Shown here: positions 31,398-39,907 of the stretch, one piece after another
Numbering within the stretch: position 1 is the first letter of the stretch
How the letters are laid out: every line of letters begins with the position of its first letter
Assembly (NCBI GenBank): GCA_030527545.1
Contig: JAUNAP010000009.1
Span: 7,185-71,184 of the forward strand
Length of the DNA stretch: 64,000 nt
Origin: Actinomycetaceae bacterium
GTDB taxonomy: Bacteria > Actinomycetota > Actinomycetes > Actinomycetales > Actinomycetaceae
Reading direction: 5' to 3'
Notes under the pieces: generated by a model
Database searches by the model: none
The model's input: only the letters and a program-made list of their open reading frames with translations
What the model was told of the DNA's origin: nothing
Translations under genes and position numbers: made by a program

Positions 31398-32312
31398 CTA
31401 GTTGCGAGGGCTGCCCTCTTGTTTCTGGGCAACAGCGAGGCCGGATGAGACCAGCGAGTTACGCAGCTCGGTCATGGCGTCGGCGACGCCGCCTGGGTTC
31501 GACGGCAGCATGAGTGTTTGAGTGCTCGAGTGCTTTGCGATCTCTTGTAGCGTGTCGAAATACTGTGTGAGAAGAAGCATTTCTTGAGCCTCTGACCCGA
31601 TTCCGGCGTCGCGGAGCGCCTCGTACTGGTTGACGAGACCGTCGACAATCGCCTTGCGCTGATTCGCAATGCCCTCACCCTGCAGCTTCTTCGATTCCGC
31701 GTCGGCCTCGGCCTGCTTGACGACCTTGATCTTCTCGGCCTCGGCCAGCGAGATCGCAGCCTCTCGTTCGCGTTGAGCGGCATTGATCGAGTTCATCGAG
31801 GCGCGCACGGTCGGGTCCGGATTGATGTCGGTGACGAGGGTGTTGACGATCCTGAACCCATACCCGTCCATTTCTTGCGACAACGTCTGTTCGATCTCGC
31901 GCGCGATCCGGTCCTTCGAAGAGAAGGCATCGTCGAGGTCGAGCTGGGACAGCGATGAACGAACACGGTCGAAAACGTAGGCAGTGATTTGCTGATTGGG
32001 CGAGGCGAGTCGGTAGTAGGAGTCGTACGCGTTGGAGACCTGGAACTGTACAGAGACCGGGATCGTCACGAAGACGTTGTCGTGTGTCTTCGTTTCGACA
32101 GTGAGATCGAGTTGGCGCACGCGTAGCTCGACCCGCTTGGCGATCCTCTCGATGATGGGGATCTTGAAGTTAAGGCCGGGGTTTGCCACCCGCGCGAATT
32201 TCCCGAGCCTCTCTACGATGACGGCCGTTTGCTGTCGGACGATGAAAACCGAGGAGGCGAGTACTCCGAGAACGAGGAAGAGGAGAATTCCAACGATGAT
32301 TGGGGCAGCCAT
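31398..32312 (-). CDS. SPFH/Band 7 (stomatin/flotillin-like) membrane protein
   Basis: An N-terminal TM helix followed by an SPFH domain. The start was trimmed to MAAPIIVGIL, because the longer ORF runs through a tRNA gene. Confidence 0.8.
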   Translation of the reverse strand: MAAPIIVGILLFLVLGVLASSVFIVRQQTAVIVERLGKFARVANPGLNFKIPIIERIAKRVELRVRQLDLTVETKTHDNVFVTIPVSVQFQVSNAYDSYYRLASPNQQITAYVFDRVRSSLSQLDLDDAFSSKDRIAREIEQTLSQEMDGYGFRIVNTLVTDINPDPTVRASMNSINAAQREREAAISLAEAEKIKVVKQAEADAESKKLQGEGIANQRKAIVDGLVNQYEALRDAGIGSEAQEMLLLTQYFDTLQEIAKHSSTQTLMLPSNPGGVADAMTELRNSLVSSGLAVAQKQEGSPRN

Positions 32313-32378
32313 ATGAACGAAGATCCTTCCCTGGTAAGTGGCACCTTGCCTCATTGTTTCACACGGCGAACGCCATCG

Positions 32379-32453
32379 CAGGGAAAAAGTGGTGGGCGGT
32401 GCGGGGATCGAACCCGCGACCTCTTCGGTGTGAACGAAGCGCTCTACCACTGA
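32379..32453 (-). tRNA. tRNA-Val (anticodon CAC), CCA encoded
   Basis: Folded by eye from GGGCGGTTGGCTCAGTGGTAGAGCGCTTCGTTCACACCGAAGAGGTCGCGGGTTCGATCCCCGCACCGCCCACCA. The cloverleaf is canonical. Confidence 0.85.
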
Positions 32454-32774
32454 GCCAACCGCCCGAGCGCAAACAACCATAGCCGATGGCGTCGCGCGAA
32501 CCAAATCGAGCGTGTCGACACCGGAGTGTGACGTAACCAGAGTGGAGGTAGCCCATCTCTTGGGGGCCGGGACGTCCCATCTCGGGCAAGAGCGAGGGGG
32601 CATCCGGTACCCCCTCTACGCCGATAGTGTGGGGCCTCACATGCGCGGCCATTTTTTCGCGCCCTTTCGCCGCAGCTTGTCGCCGGTAGGGGGTCTGTAG
32701 GTCCTACCCGATTTGTGTGGGCGCCGCTGTCTTGCTACTGTCTTATCTCGCTTGGCCGGAAACGGCAAAGACGT

Positions 32775-32847
32775 GCGGATGTAGCTCAGTTGGTAGAGCA
32801 TCACCTTGCCAAGGTGAGGGTCGCGGGTTCGAGTCTCGTCATCCGCT
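32775..32847 (+). tRNA. tRNA-Gly (anticodon GCC)
   Basis: GCGGATGTAGCTCAGTTGGTAGAGCATCACCTTGCCAAGGTGAGGGTCGCGGGTTCGAGTCTCGTCATCCGCT. Confidence 0.85.
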
Positions 32848-32848
32848 C

Positions 32849-32923
32849 GGGCGATTGGCGCAGTTTGGTTAGCGCGTTTCCTTGACACGGAAGAGGTCGC
32901 TGGTTCGAGTCCAGTATCGCCCA
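32849..32923 (+). tRNA. tRNA-Val (anticodon GAC)
   Basis: GGGCGATTGGCGCAGTTTGGTTAGCGCGTTTCCTTGACACGGAAGAGGTCGCTGGTTCGAGTCCAGTATCGCCCA. Confidence 0.85.
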
Positions 32924-32997
32924 CGATAGTGAAGAGGAGGGCGGCCCGCCGGGCCGCCCTCCTCTGTATCTCGCGTCTTATCTGACGTAATCCTCGC

Positions 32998-34416
32998 CTA
33001 CACCCCGATCAACTCTGCCTCTTTGGGGGAGGCCTCGTCGTGGCGCTGCAAGAAGTCGATGTGTGAGGTCTCGGGGATCGTCACGCACGCGGTAAAGGTC
33101 AAGAGTGCCATCGTCGCCAGATAGATGCCGACGGTACCCACACCGAAGGACGATGCGAGCCAGGTGGCGACGAACGGGGCGATGGAGGCACCAAGGATGG
33201 AAGCCGTGTTGTAGGCGACCGCCGAGCCGGTGTAGCGAACGTTAGTGGGGAAGAGCTCGGGCAACAGAGCCGACTGGATCCCAAACGTCAATCCCATGAG
33301 CGCCATGCCGATGAGCATGAAGGCAACGAGCAGGCCCAGGTTCGCGTCGCGACCCGTCCCAACCAGTTCGGGCGAGAGGAATAGCGTGAAGGTCGCGCCA
33401 AACAGCCCGATCGCTGCAGTGACGCTCAAGAGGAGCCGCTTTCGGCCCCACCTATCGCCGAGATAACCGGACACGGGTGTCATCGCGGCAAAGGCAAGGA
33501 TCGTGATGAGCTGGACGACGAGGAACTCGTGGTAGGGGATGCCGAGGAATCCCTCCTCAACCGGACCGATCGCGTAGGAGAGGATCCACGTCGTCATCAG
33601 GTAGAACAGCGTGTAGGTCGCCACCATGATGAAGGTGCCTTGGATCATCTGGCGCCACGAGGTCGTAAAGGCCGTCTTCAAGGGCGCAGAGACGATTTCA
33701 CCGCGACGCTGAGCCTGCGCAAACGCCGGAGTCTCCTCCAGCTTGAAGCGCACGTAAAGGCCGAGCGCAACGATGACGGCTGAGAAAAGGAACGGCAGGC
33801 GCCATCCCCACACGAGGAACGGATCGGACGGGTCGGCAACGGAGGAGTCGTAGCCCATCGTCACGGTAAGCACCAGGAAAAACCCGTTGGCCAAGAGGAA
33901 CCCGAACGGGGCACCCAGCTGGGGCCACATGGCATCGAAGCCGCGCTTTCCGGGTCTGGAGTTTTCTCCGGCGAGAAGGCTGGCTCCCGACCATTCGCCA
34001 CCCAGCCCAAGGCCTTGGCAAAAACGCATGACAGCGAGCAGAGCCGGAGCCCACACTCCGATCTGGGTGTAGGTGGGCAGCATCCCGATGATGACCGTGG
34101 CGATGCCCATGGTGAGCAGCGAGGCAACGAGCGTGGCTTTGCGTCCGATGCGATCGCCGTAGTGGCCAAACACGATAGAGCCGATGGGGCGGGCCACGAA
34201 GGCGACGCCGAAGGTCGCGAGCGAGGCCAACACGGCACCGGTTTGGGACGAGGAATGGAAAAACAGGAGCGGAAAAACGGAGATCGCCGCCGTCGCGTAG
34301 GCGTAGAAGTCGTAGAACTCGATCGTGGTGCCCACGAGCGAGGAAGCGATGATACGGGCCTTCATTCGTCCTGTCGCTGGTGTCGCTGGAGCAGCGTCAA
34401 TGTGGTCTCTAGGCAT
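32998..34416 (-). CDS. MFS transporter, metabolite:H+ symporter (MHS) family (ProP/shikimate/alpha-ketoglutarate-like)
   Basis: 12 TM helices, with the MHS N-terminal motif EFYDFYAYATAAISVF and the GHYGDRIGRK loop. Confidence 0.8.
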   Translation of the reverse strand: MPRDHIDAAPATPATGRMKARIIASSLVGTTIEFYDFYAYATAAISVFPLLFFHSSSQTGAVLASLATFGVAFVARPIGSIVFGHYGDRIGRKATLVASLLTMGIATVIIGMLPTYTQIGVWAPALLAVMRFCQGLGLGGEWSGASLLAGENSRPGKRGFDAMWPQLGAPFGFLLANGFFLVLTVTMGYDSSVADPSDPFLVWGWRLPFLFSAVIVALGLYVRFKLEETPAFAQAQRRGEIVSAPLKTAFTTSWRQMIQGTFIMVATYTLFYLMTTWILSYAIGPVEEGFLGIPYHEFLVVQLITILAFAAMTPVSGYLGDRWGRKRLLLSVTAAIGLFGATFTLFLSPELVGTGRDANLGLLVAFMLIGMALMGLTFGIQSALLPELFPTNVRYTGSAVAYNTASILGASIAPFVATWLASSFGVGTVGIYLATMALLTFTACVTIPETSHIDFLQRHDEASPKEAELIGV

Positions 34417-34578
34417 GCTGGAAGGCTATGGAGGCACACACGATGGCCGCGAAGGGTCTCAGATTGTGGACGCGTCCTCAATTCTCCACATGTGCGGCAT
34501 GTCACTTTCGATCGATTTGCTTGCGCCTCCGTCGCGCTGCTAACTTAGATCTCGCTTCGCCGGAGACGGCAAAGACAT

Positions 34579-34651
34579 GCGGATGTAGCTCAGTTGGTAG
34601 AGCATCACCTTGCCAAGGTGAGGGTCGCGGGTTCGAGTCTCGTCATCCGCT
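34579..34651 (+). tRNA. tRNA-Gly (GCC), second copy
   Basis: Identical to the copy at 32775, including about 50 nt of upstream leader. Confidence 0.85.
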
Positions 34652-34685
34652 CGGAATGTGGGGGCTGGGTGCCCCTTCTTTCTTT

Positions 34686-34756
34686 GGTGGGTTGGCCGAG
34701 TGGTGAGGCAGCGGCCTGCAAAGCCGTATACACCGGTTCGAATCCGGTACCCACCT
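34686..34756 (+). tRNA. tRNA-Cys (anticodon GCA)
   Basis: GGTGGGTTGGCCGAGTGGTGAGGCAGCGGCCTGCAAAGCCGTATACACCGGTTCGAATCCGGTACCCACC. Confidence 0.8.
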
Positions 34757-34757
34757 C

Positions 34758-34832
34758 GGGCGATTGGCGCAGTTTGGTTAGCGCGTTTCCTTGACACGGA
34801 AGAGGTCGCTGGTTCGAGTCCAGTATCGCCCA
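34758..34832 (+). tRNA. tRNA-Val (GAC), second copy
   Basis: Identical to the copy at 32849. Confidence 0.85.
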
Positions 34833-35102
34833 CCACTGTATGCGGATTCCCACCCCGCATTCGCGTCCCCTCCTTCAGCGGCCTCGCGCCGCATTGCTGT
34901 CGTTTTTCTCTGTGCGCTTCGCCACGCCTAGCCCCCCGTCTTTGCCTGTGGCGAGGTCCTGGCGGGGGACGATCGCACCGACGTTGCAGTCGCGTCATGC
35001 GACACGCCTGTACACGATGAGACGAAAATGACCGAAGGGCGAGGGGAGCCGGCGCTACATTGAGGTACAAGGAACAGCACCGGAAGCAAAGGAGCAGCCA
35101 TC

Positions 35103-37394
35103 GTGATCCCCGCCCGCCCGCCCGTGCCCACACGCGACATCGCATCTGTCCTGGCCGCCCTCACGCGCGAGGAGAAGGTCGCCATGGTACAGGGATCGGA
35201 CTTCTGGCATCTTGCCGGTGTCGAACGCCTTGGTATCCCCTCGGTCATGGTCTCCGACGGGCCGCACGGCCTGCGCCAGCAGAGTCAAGAGGCCGACCAC
35301 CTCGGGGTTAACGACGCGCGCGAGGCCGTGTGCTTTCCCACCGGGGCTGCTTCGGCATCGAGCTTCGACCCAGAACTCATGCGTCGATTGGGGGAGACCA
35401 TTGGTCGCGAGGCGCAAGCCCGAGACCTGGCCGTCGTCTTGGGCCCCGCGATCAACATCAAACGCTCACCCCTGTGCGGACGCAATTTTGAGTATCTCTC
35501 CGAGGACCCCTATCTCTCCTCGACGTTGGCAGCCGCCTACATCGAAGGTGTACAAAAGCACAACGTTGGCACGTCCCCTAAGCACTTTGTCGCCAACAAC
35601 CAGGAGACCCGGAGAATGACCTCGTCGTCGAACATCGACGAGCGAGCCCTCAGAGAGATCTACCTGGCATCGTTCGAACGGGCTGTCGAGCAGGCTGCGC
35701 CGTGGACCATCATGTCGTCGTACAACAGGGTCAATGGCACCTACGTCGGGGAGTCACGTGAGCTGCTCACCGGCATTTTGCGCGACGTGTGGGGCTTTAG
35801 TGGCGTCGTCGTCTCGGACTGGGGGGCGGTATCCGAACGTGTCGCCTCCCTCAAGGCGGGCCTCGATCTGGAGATGCCTGCTTCCGGGGAGGCAACCAAC
35901 GAGCGCCTCTTGGCGGCGATGGAGAGTGGAGAGCTCGACGAGCGCGATCTCGATACAGCGTGCCGAAGAATCCTCGAGCTCATATTCCGATACGTAGACA
36001 ATCGCGAGACGGACGCAGTTTTCGATCCTCAAGCGGACCACGTGCTCGCACGACAATTCGCTGCTGAAAGCATCGTACTCCTGGATAACCCTGACAACGT
36101 GCTGCCCCTTGAGCCCGACAGCGCCATCGCTTTCATCGGTGAATTCGCCACATCTCCGCGGTTCCAGGGCGGAGGCTCGTCGCACATATCCACGAGCAAC
36201 GTCACTTCTGCGGTCGCGGCCGCCGCCGAGGCGGGCCTGAACGTGACGTACGCCCGCGGCTATGACCTGGAAGCAGATGAGCCGATAGCCTCGCTCGTGG
36301 AGGAGGCCGTTGCCACGGCTCGCGCGGCCGACGTCGCCGTCGTCTTCGCCGGCCTTCCCGACTCCTACGAATCCGAAGGATACGATCGCAGGCACCTCGA
36401 CCTGCCGCGAGCCCACAACGAGCTCATCGCAGCGGTCGCGGCCGTGCAGCCGCGTACAGTTGTTGTCCTCCACAACGGTTCGCCGGTGAGTATGCCGTGG
36501 AGAAACGACGTGGCCGGGATCGTCGAAGCCTACCTGGGAGGAGAAGCGATCGGCGGTGCCGTCGTCGACATCCTCACGGGGGCCGTCAACCCGTCGGGCC
36601 GTCTCGCCGAGACGTTTCCCCTGCGCATCGAGGACACCCCCGCCTACCTGACTTTCGGCCGTGCCAGCGACGATGTCTCCTACAACGAAGGGGTATTCGT
36701 CGGCTATCGCTACTACGCCTCCATCGGCCGTGACGTTCTTTTTCCCTTCGGCCACGGCCTGTCCTACACAACCTTTGAGGTCGACGACCTCACGGTGAGT
36801 GCTCGGGAAATGGGTGAAGACGACGAGATTGAGGTCAGCGTGAGGGTGACAAACACGGGTGAGCGAGCCGGCAAGGAGGTCGTCCAGCTCTACGTAGCTT
36901 CCGCACCGTCGTCCCTTCCGCGTCCCGTTCGCGAACTGCGAGGCTTCGATAAGGTCGAGCTCGCTGCAGGTGCATCTGCGCGGGTGCATTTCCGTCTTAG
37001 CCGGCGTGCCTTTGCCCACTGGGACACGGCAACTCACGACTGGGCGGTCGAGGGCGGAACGTACGGTATCGAGATTTGCGCGAATGCCCACACGCCGTTG
37101 CTGCGGACAGACGTCGCCGTCACCGCCAGCGGGGGAGCGCCGCTTGCCATCGACCGTCACACGCGTCTCGGTGATCTTCTCGAAATCCCCTCTTATCGCC
37201 TTGAAATCGACGCCTTCTTTGCGGACAAGAAGCGAGGCCTCTTCGGCAACGCCGCCATAGAATCGGAAGCGATCAGCCACGAGATGATAGAAGCAATGAT
37301 GCTCGACATGCCGCTGCGTCAGCTTGCGAGCTTTAACGACGAGGTTGGCTGCGACGAGATTGACACCCTCATCGCGCGGCTGCGTGCCATTTAG
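35103..37394 (+). CDS. bglX: Glycoside hydrolase family 3 beta-glucosidase
   Basis: GH3 N-terminal, C-terminal and fibronectin-like domains. KHFVANNQE and GFSGVVVSDW catalytic-region motifs. Confidence 0.85.
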   Translation: MIPARPPVPTRDIASVLAALTREEKVAMVQGSDFWHLAGVERLGIPSVMVSDGPHGLRQQSQEADHLGVNDAREAVCFPTGAASASSFDPELMRRLGETIGREAQARDLAVVLGPAINIKRSPLCGRNFEYLSEDPYLSSTLAAAYIEGVQKHNVGTSPKHFVANNQETRRMTSSSNIDERALREIYLASFERAVEQAAPWTIMSSYNRVNGTYVGESRELLTGILRDVWGFSGVVVSDWGAVSERVASLKAGLDLEMPASGEATNERLLAAMESGELDERDLDTACRRILELIFRYVDNRETDAVFDPQADHVLARQFAAESIVLLDNPDNVLPLEPDSAIAFIGEFATSPRFQGGGSSHISTSNVTSAVAAAAEAGLNVTYARGYDLEADEPIASLVEEAVATARAADVAVVFAGLPDSYESEGYDRRHLDLPRAHNELIAAVAAVQPRTVVVLHNGSPVSMPWRNDVAGIVEAYLGGEAIGGAVVDILTGAVNPSGRLAETFPLRIEDTPAYLTFGRASDDVSYNEGVFVGYRYYASIGRDVLFPFGHGLSYTTFEVDDLTVSAREMGEDDEIEVSVRVTNTGERAGKEVVQLYVASAPSSLPRPVRELRGFDKVELAAGASARVHFRLSRRAFAHWDTATHDWAVEGGTYGIEICANAHTPLLRTDVAVTASGGAPLAIDRHTRLGDLLEIPSYRLEIDAFFADKKRGLFGNAAIESEAISHEMIEAMMLDMPLRQLASFNDEVGCDEIDTLIARLRAI

Positions 37395-37427
37395 GTTCGA
37401 CTCGCGCCCTGCCGGGTTTGCTGGGCG

Positions 37428-37661
37428 TCACGCGAACCCGGCGCGGGCGTGAGTAGGGACATCTCTGCTGCGGGCGGGGAGCAACGGTAGGCGGTGGGTA
37501 AAGGTCGTTCGACGATGTAGTTGTGCGCGCGAAAAGCCGACTGCGCGGGCCACGTCGTCGACACCGACGGGTTCGTGAATGTGGTCGCAGATGAACCTGA
37601 ATGCGCGAGCGACCGCAGTGTCCGAGGACACCGGCGCGCGGCACGCCCTAACCGCGGATTA
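37428..37661 (-). pseudogene. C-terminal remnant of an AraC-family HTH regulator, truncated at the boundary of the inserted element
   Basis: The minus-strand frame reads ...ICDHIHEPVGVDDVARAVGFSRAQLHRR (an AraC-type HTH helix pattern). An in-frame stop occurs exactly where the GC content drops, at about 37660. Confidence 0.4.
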
Positions 37662-37689
37662 CAAGTTCCTTGATTTGGTTGTGCCGCAC

Positions 37690-38691
37690 ATGACAGCACG
37701 CCAGTTGGTGGCAGTAGTTATGTCACTGACGGTGGTGCGGTCAAAGTATTCAGTGACACGAATGACCGCACATGATGCAGCGAGAGTACTTTATTGCAGT
37801 GACTGCAATGAAGGCACATGGATAAGTTCCTCTCTTGGCGGTGGTTTGTTTTCCAATGGTTGCGTGATTACCCGTGAGATGTATGAGTGGGAAACAGCCA
37901 TGGCTGCGCAAGGTCTGCTTGAGCGAACTATCCGTGAGCGGATTCGACTTCTGAGCTGGGCCTCTGATCGGCTCGGTGTTGATCCGATGTTCTTCACCAC
38001 CGATCAGGTCGCGCGTTTGCTTGCCGGTGTGGAGCAGCCTTGGACTCGTTATGACTATGGGTCGATTCTTCGGGTGTGGTTTGACTGGCTGGTGTTGACT
38101 GAGCGGATTGCTTCCACCCCGATGAGTCGTATGCGCGGGCCGAAACTGCCGCCCGATAATCCGCGTCCGGCTTCGCTTGAGCATTGGCATGAGGTGCTTG
38201 ATTCGCCGCTGTACCACATGACGCGTACACGCATCATGTTTGCTGCGTTTGCGGGGCTGCGGGTGAGCGAGATTGCGCAGCTACATAGCCGTGAATTTGA
38301 TCGTGAGGCAGGCACGATGCTTGTCCACTCCAAGGGCGGTAGGCGTCATGTGATCCCGGTACATCCGCTGCTTGTGGCTCGTGCGGCTCGCTATCGTGCT
38401 GGCTACTTGGTTCCTGGTGCTCATCGAAAAGGACACGTGTCGGGCAAGTCGGTCTCGGCGTCGATATCGGATGCGTTTCGCAGGCACGGCTACTCAGATA
38501 CGGCGCATCAGCTGCGTCATTTGTTCGCGACTCAACTGCTGCGTGGAGGGGTGGACTCGCGTGTGGTTCACACGCTCATGCGTCACCGCTCACTAGCGAC
38601 AACGGCTCGGTATCTGGAGGTCAATGTGGGACAGCAGCGTGAGGCTTTGAGTCTTTTGCCTTGCACACTTATCCCGCCATACATGCAGTGA
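37690..38691 (+). CDS. int: Tyrosine-type site-specific recombinase / phage integrase family
   Basis: C-terminal catalytic motifs AHQLRHLFAT and LMRHRSLATTARYLEV (R...HxxR...Y). The start was set at the first ATG inside the low-GC region. Confidence 0.75.
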   Translation: MTARQLVAVVMSLTVVRSKYSVTRMTAHDAARVLYCSDCNEGTWISSSLGGGLFSNGCVITREMYEWETAMAAQGLLERTIRERIRLLSWASDRLGVDPMFFTTDQVARLLAGVEQPWTRYDYGSILRVWFDWLVLTERIASTPMSRMRGPKLPPDNPRPASLEHWHEVLDSPLYHMTRTRIMFAAFAGLRVSEIAQLHSREFDREAGTMLVHSKGGRRHVIPVHPLLVARAARYRAGYLVPGAHRKGHVSGKSVSASISDAFRRHGYSDTAHQLRHLFATQLLRGGVDSRVVHTLMRHRSLATTARYLEVNVGQQREALSLLPCTLIPPYMQ

Positions 38692-38775
38692 CAGGTGTGC
38701 TGGCGGTGAAGGTAGTCGCCGCAATACAGGCAGTGACAGCAGGACATGCAATGACAGGGCTACATGCGGTGACAG
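38685..38775. repeat. Four direct repeats of GCRGTGACAG (iteron-like), at about 38685, 38729, 38748 and 38766. The last three are 18 bp apart
   Basis: The copies GCAGTGACAG, GCAGTGACAG, GCAATGACAG and GCGGTGACAG are visible between int and parA. Confidence 0.5.
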
Positions 38776-38815
38776 CGGTGATGTCGTGGCATGTGTTGAA
38801 AGCGGGAGGAACCAA

Positions 38816-39478
38816 ATGATGACAACTAAACGTGTACCCGTGATTGCCTTGTGCAACCAAAAGGGTGGGGTTGGAAAGACGACGACGTATCATCTCGCGC
38901 GTGCCGCGTGCCAGGCGGGGGTGCGGGTGCTGGTGGTTGACATGGATCCGCAAGGAAACGTCACTGCGGCTTTGGCGCCAGAACTTGGCGAGGATATTGA
39001 AGGTGTGGCTCACGCACTGAGTAGTGAGTGTATCGATGAGTTTGATCTGGTGCTGATTGATTGTCCTCCTAGCTTGGATCAGCTGACGGTGACTGCTCTG
39101 ACAGCAGCGAGTGGCGTGGTAGTGGTGACAGCAGCGCGGTTGTGGTCTGCGTCAGGGTGGGTGCGTTTGTCGGAAACGGTTGCTCAAGTGAAGGCGGCTT
39201 ATAACCGGGGGCTGGAGCATTTGGGGATCATCGTCAATGCGATGGAGGCTACGACGCGTACGAGGCGGCATTGGCATGAGGAATTGCGTGAGGCTGCCGA
39301 GAGCGCGGGTATGAGGTTGTTTGCGCCTGCTATCCCAAAGCGGACGCTGATCGGTGATACGGCGGAGGCGTCGTTGGGGCTCGATGAGCAAGGCGCGGTA
39401 GGGCGTGAGTTGGCCGAGATCTATACCGGCTATCTCGAAGAACTGCTTGCCGCGCGTGAGGAAGGAGAAGGTCGATGA
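38816..39478 (+). CDS. parA: ParA/Soj-family partition ATPase (orphan; no parB adjacent)
   Basis: Deviant Walker A motif LCNQKGGVGKTTT. The start is at the ATG at 38816, after a GGGAGGA RBS. Confidence 0.8.
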   Translation: MMTTKRVPVIALCNQKGGVGKTTTYHLARAACQAGVRVLVVDMDPQGNVTAALAPELGEDIEGVAHALSSECIDEFDLVLIDCPPSLDQLTVTALTAASGVVVVTAARLWSASGWVRLSETVAQVKAAYNRGLEHLGIIVNAMEATTRTRRHWHEELREAAESAGMRLFAPAIPKRTLIGDTAEASLGLDEQGAVGRELAEIYTGYLEELLAAREEGEGR

Positions 39479-39720
39479 GTAGTTGACGGTAGCTAGGGTT
39501 GAGGCCTTGCCGGTGCGAGTGGCATGCTGAGGCCATCACTCGACTGGTGGGGATGAGGGTGGGATAGATATATCCATGATGGGAGACTGGACGCCATGAT
39601 ATCGGTGTGCCATAGATACGCTTTCATCTCAGAATGTGGAACTCTCTGTACTGCTCTGTCATTGTCTCGTAGCGTTGGGTCTAGTAGAGAACGAGCTCTA
39701 CGTTGAGATTGGAGAGATGT

Positions 39721-39837
39721 ATGGGAGCGCAGCCGCAACCTAAGGGAAGCAAACCGAACGAGTCGGACTTCGTCTTGGAAGAGATCGACGATGACGTCCC
39801 TGCACTTATTCAGCAGGGGAACACATTCAAACCCTGA
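39721..39837 (+). CDS. Candidate 38-aa precursor/substrate peptide MGAQPQPKGSKPNESDFVLEEIDDDVPALIQQGNTFKP. It is not in the ORF track
   Basis: A GGAGAG RBS lies 5 nt upstream. It is on the same strand as, and 70 nt upstream of, the RRE-SagB gene. It has an acidic leader-like segment and island-like GC content. Confidence 0.35.
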   Translation: MGAQPQPKGSKPNESDFVLEEIDDDVPALIQQGNTFKP

Positions 39838-39907
39838 TGTTTGAGGCCCTGGCTCCTTGGTGCGCAATCGTCGCGTCAAGGAGCCGGAGATTAGTAGGAG
39901 GCGAAGA

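Noticed and set aside
32312-32603. N-terminal extension of the SPFH ORF, and the 32359..32652 minus ORF
   Set aside because: The extension runs through a canonical tRNA-Val(CAC) gene. The real SPFH start is the ATG at 32312, which has an RBS
32637-32924. 95-aa minus ORF, plus similar ORFs at 34540..35145 and 34605..34853
   Set aside because: They are antisense translations of the tRNA gene clusters
35754-37280. 508-aa minus ORF
   Set aside because: It is antisense to the GH3 beta-glucosidase
39857-39907. TTG start at 39857 for the RRE-SagB gene
   Set aside because: A GTG at 39908 preceded by an AGGAGG RBS is a more plausible initiation site. This remains uncertain
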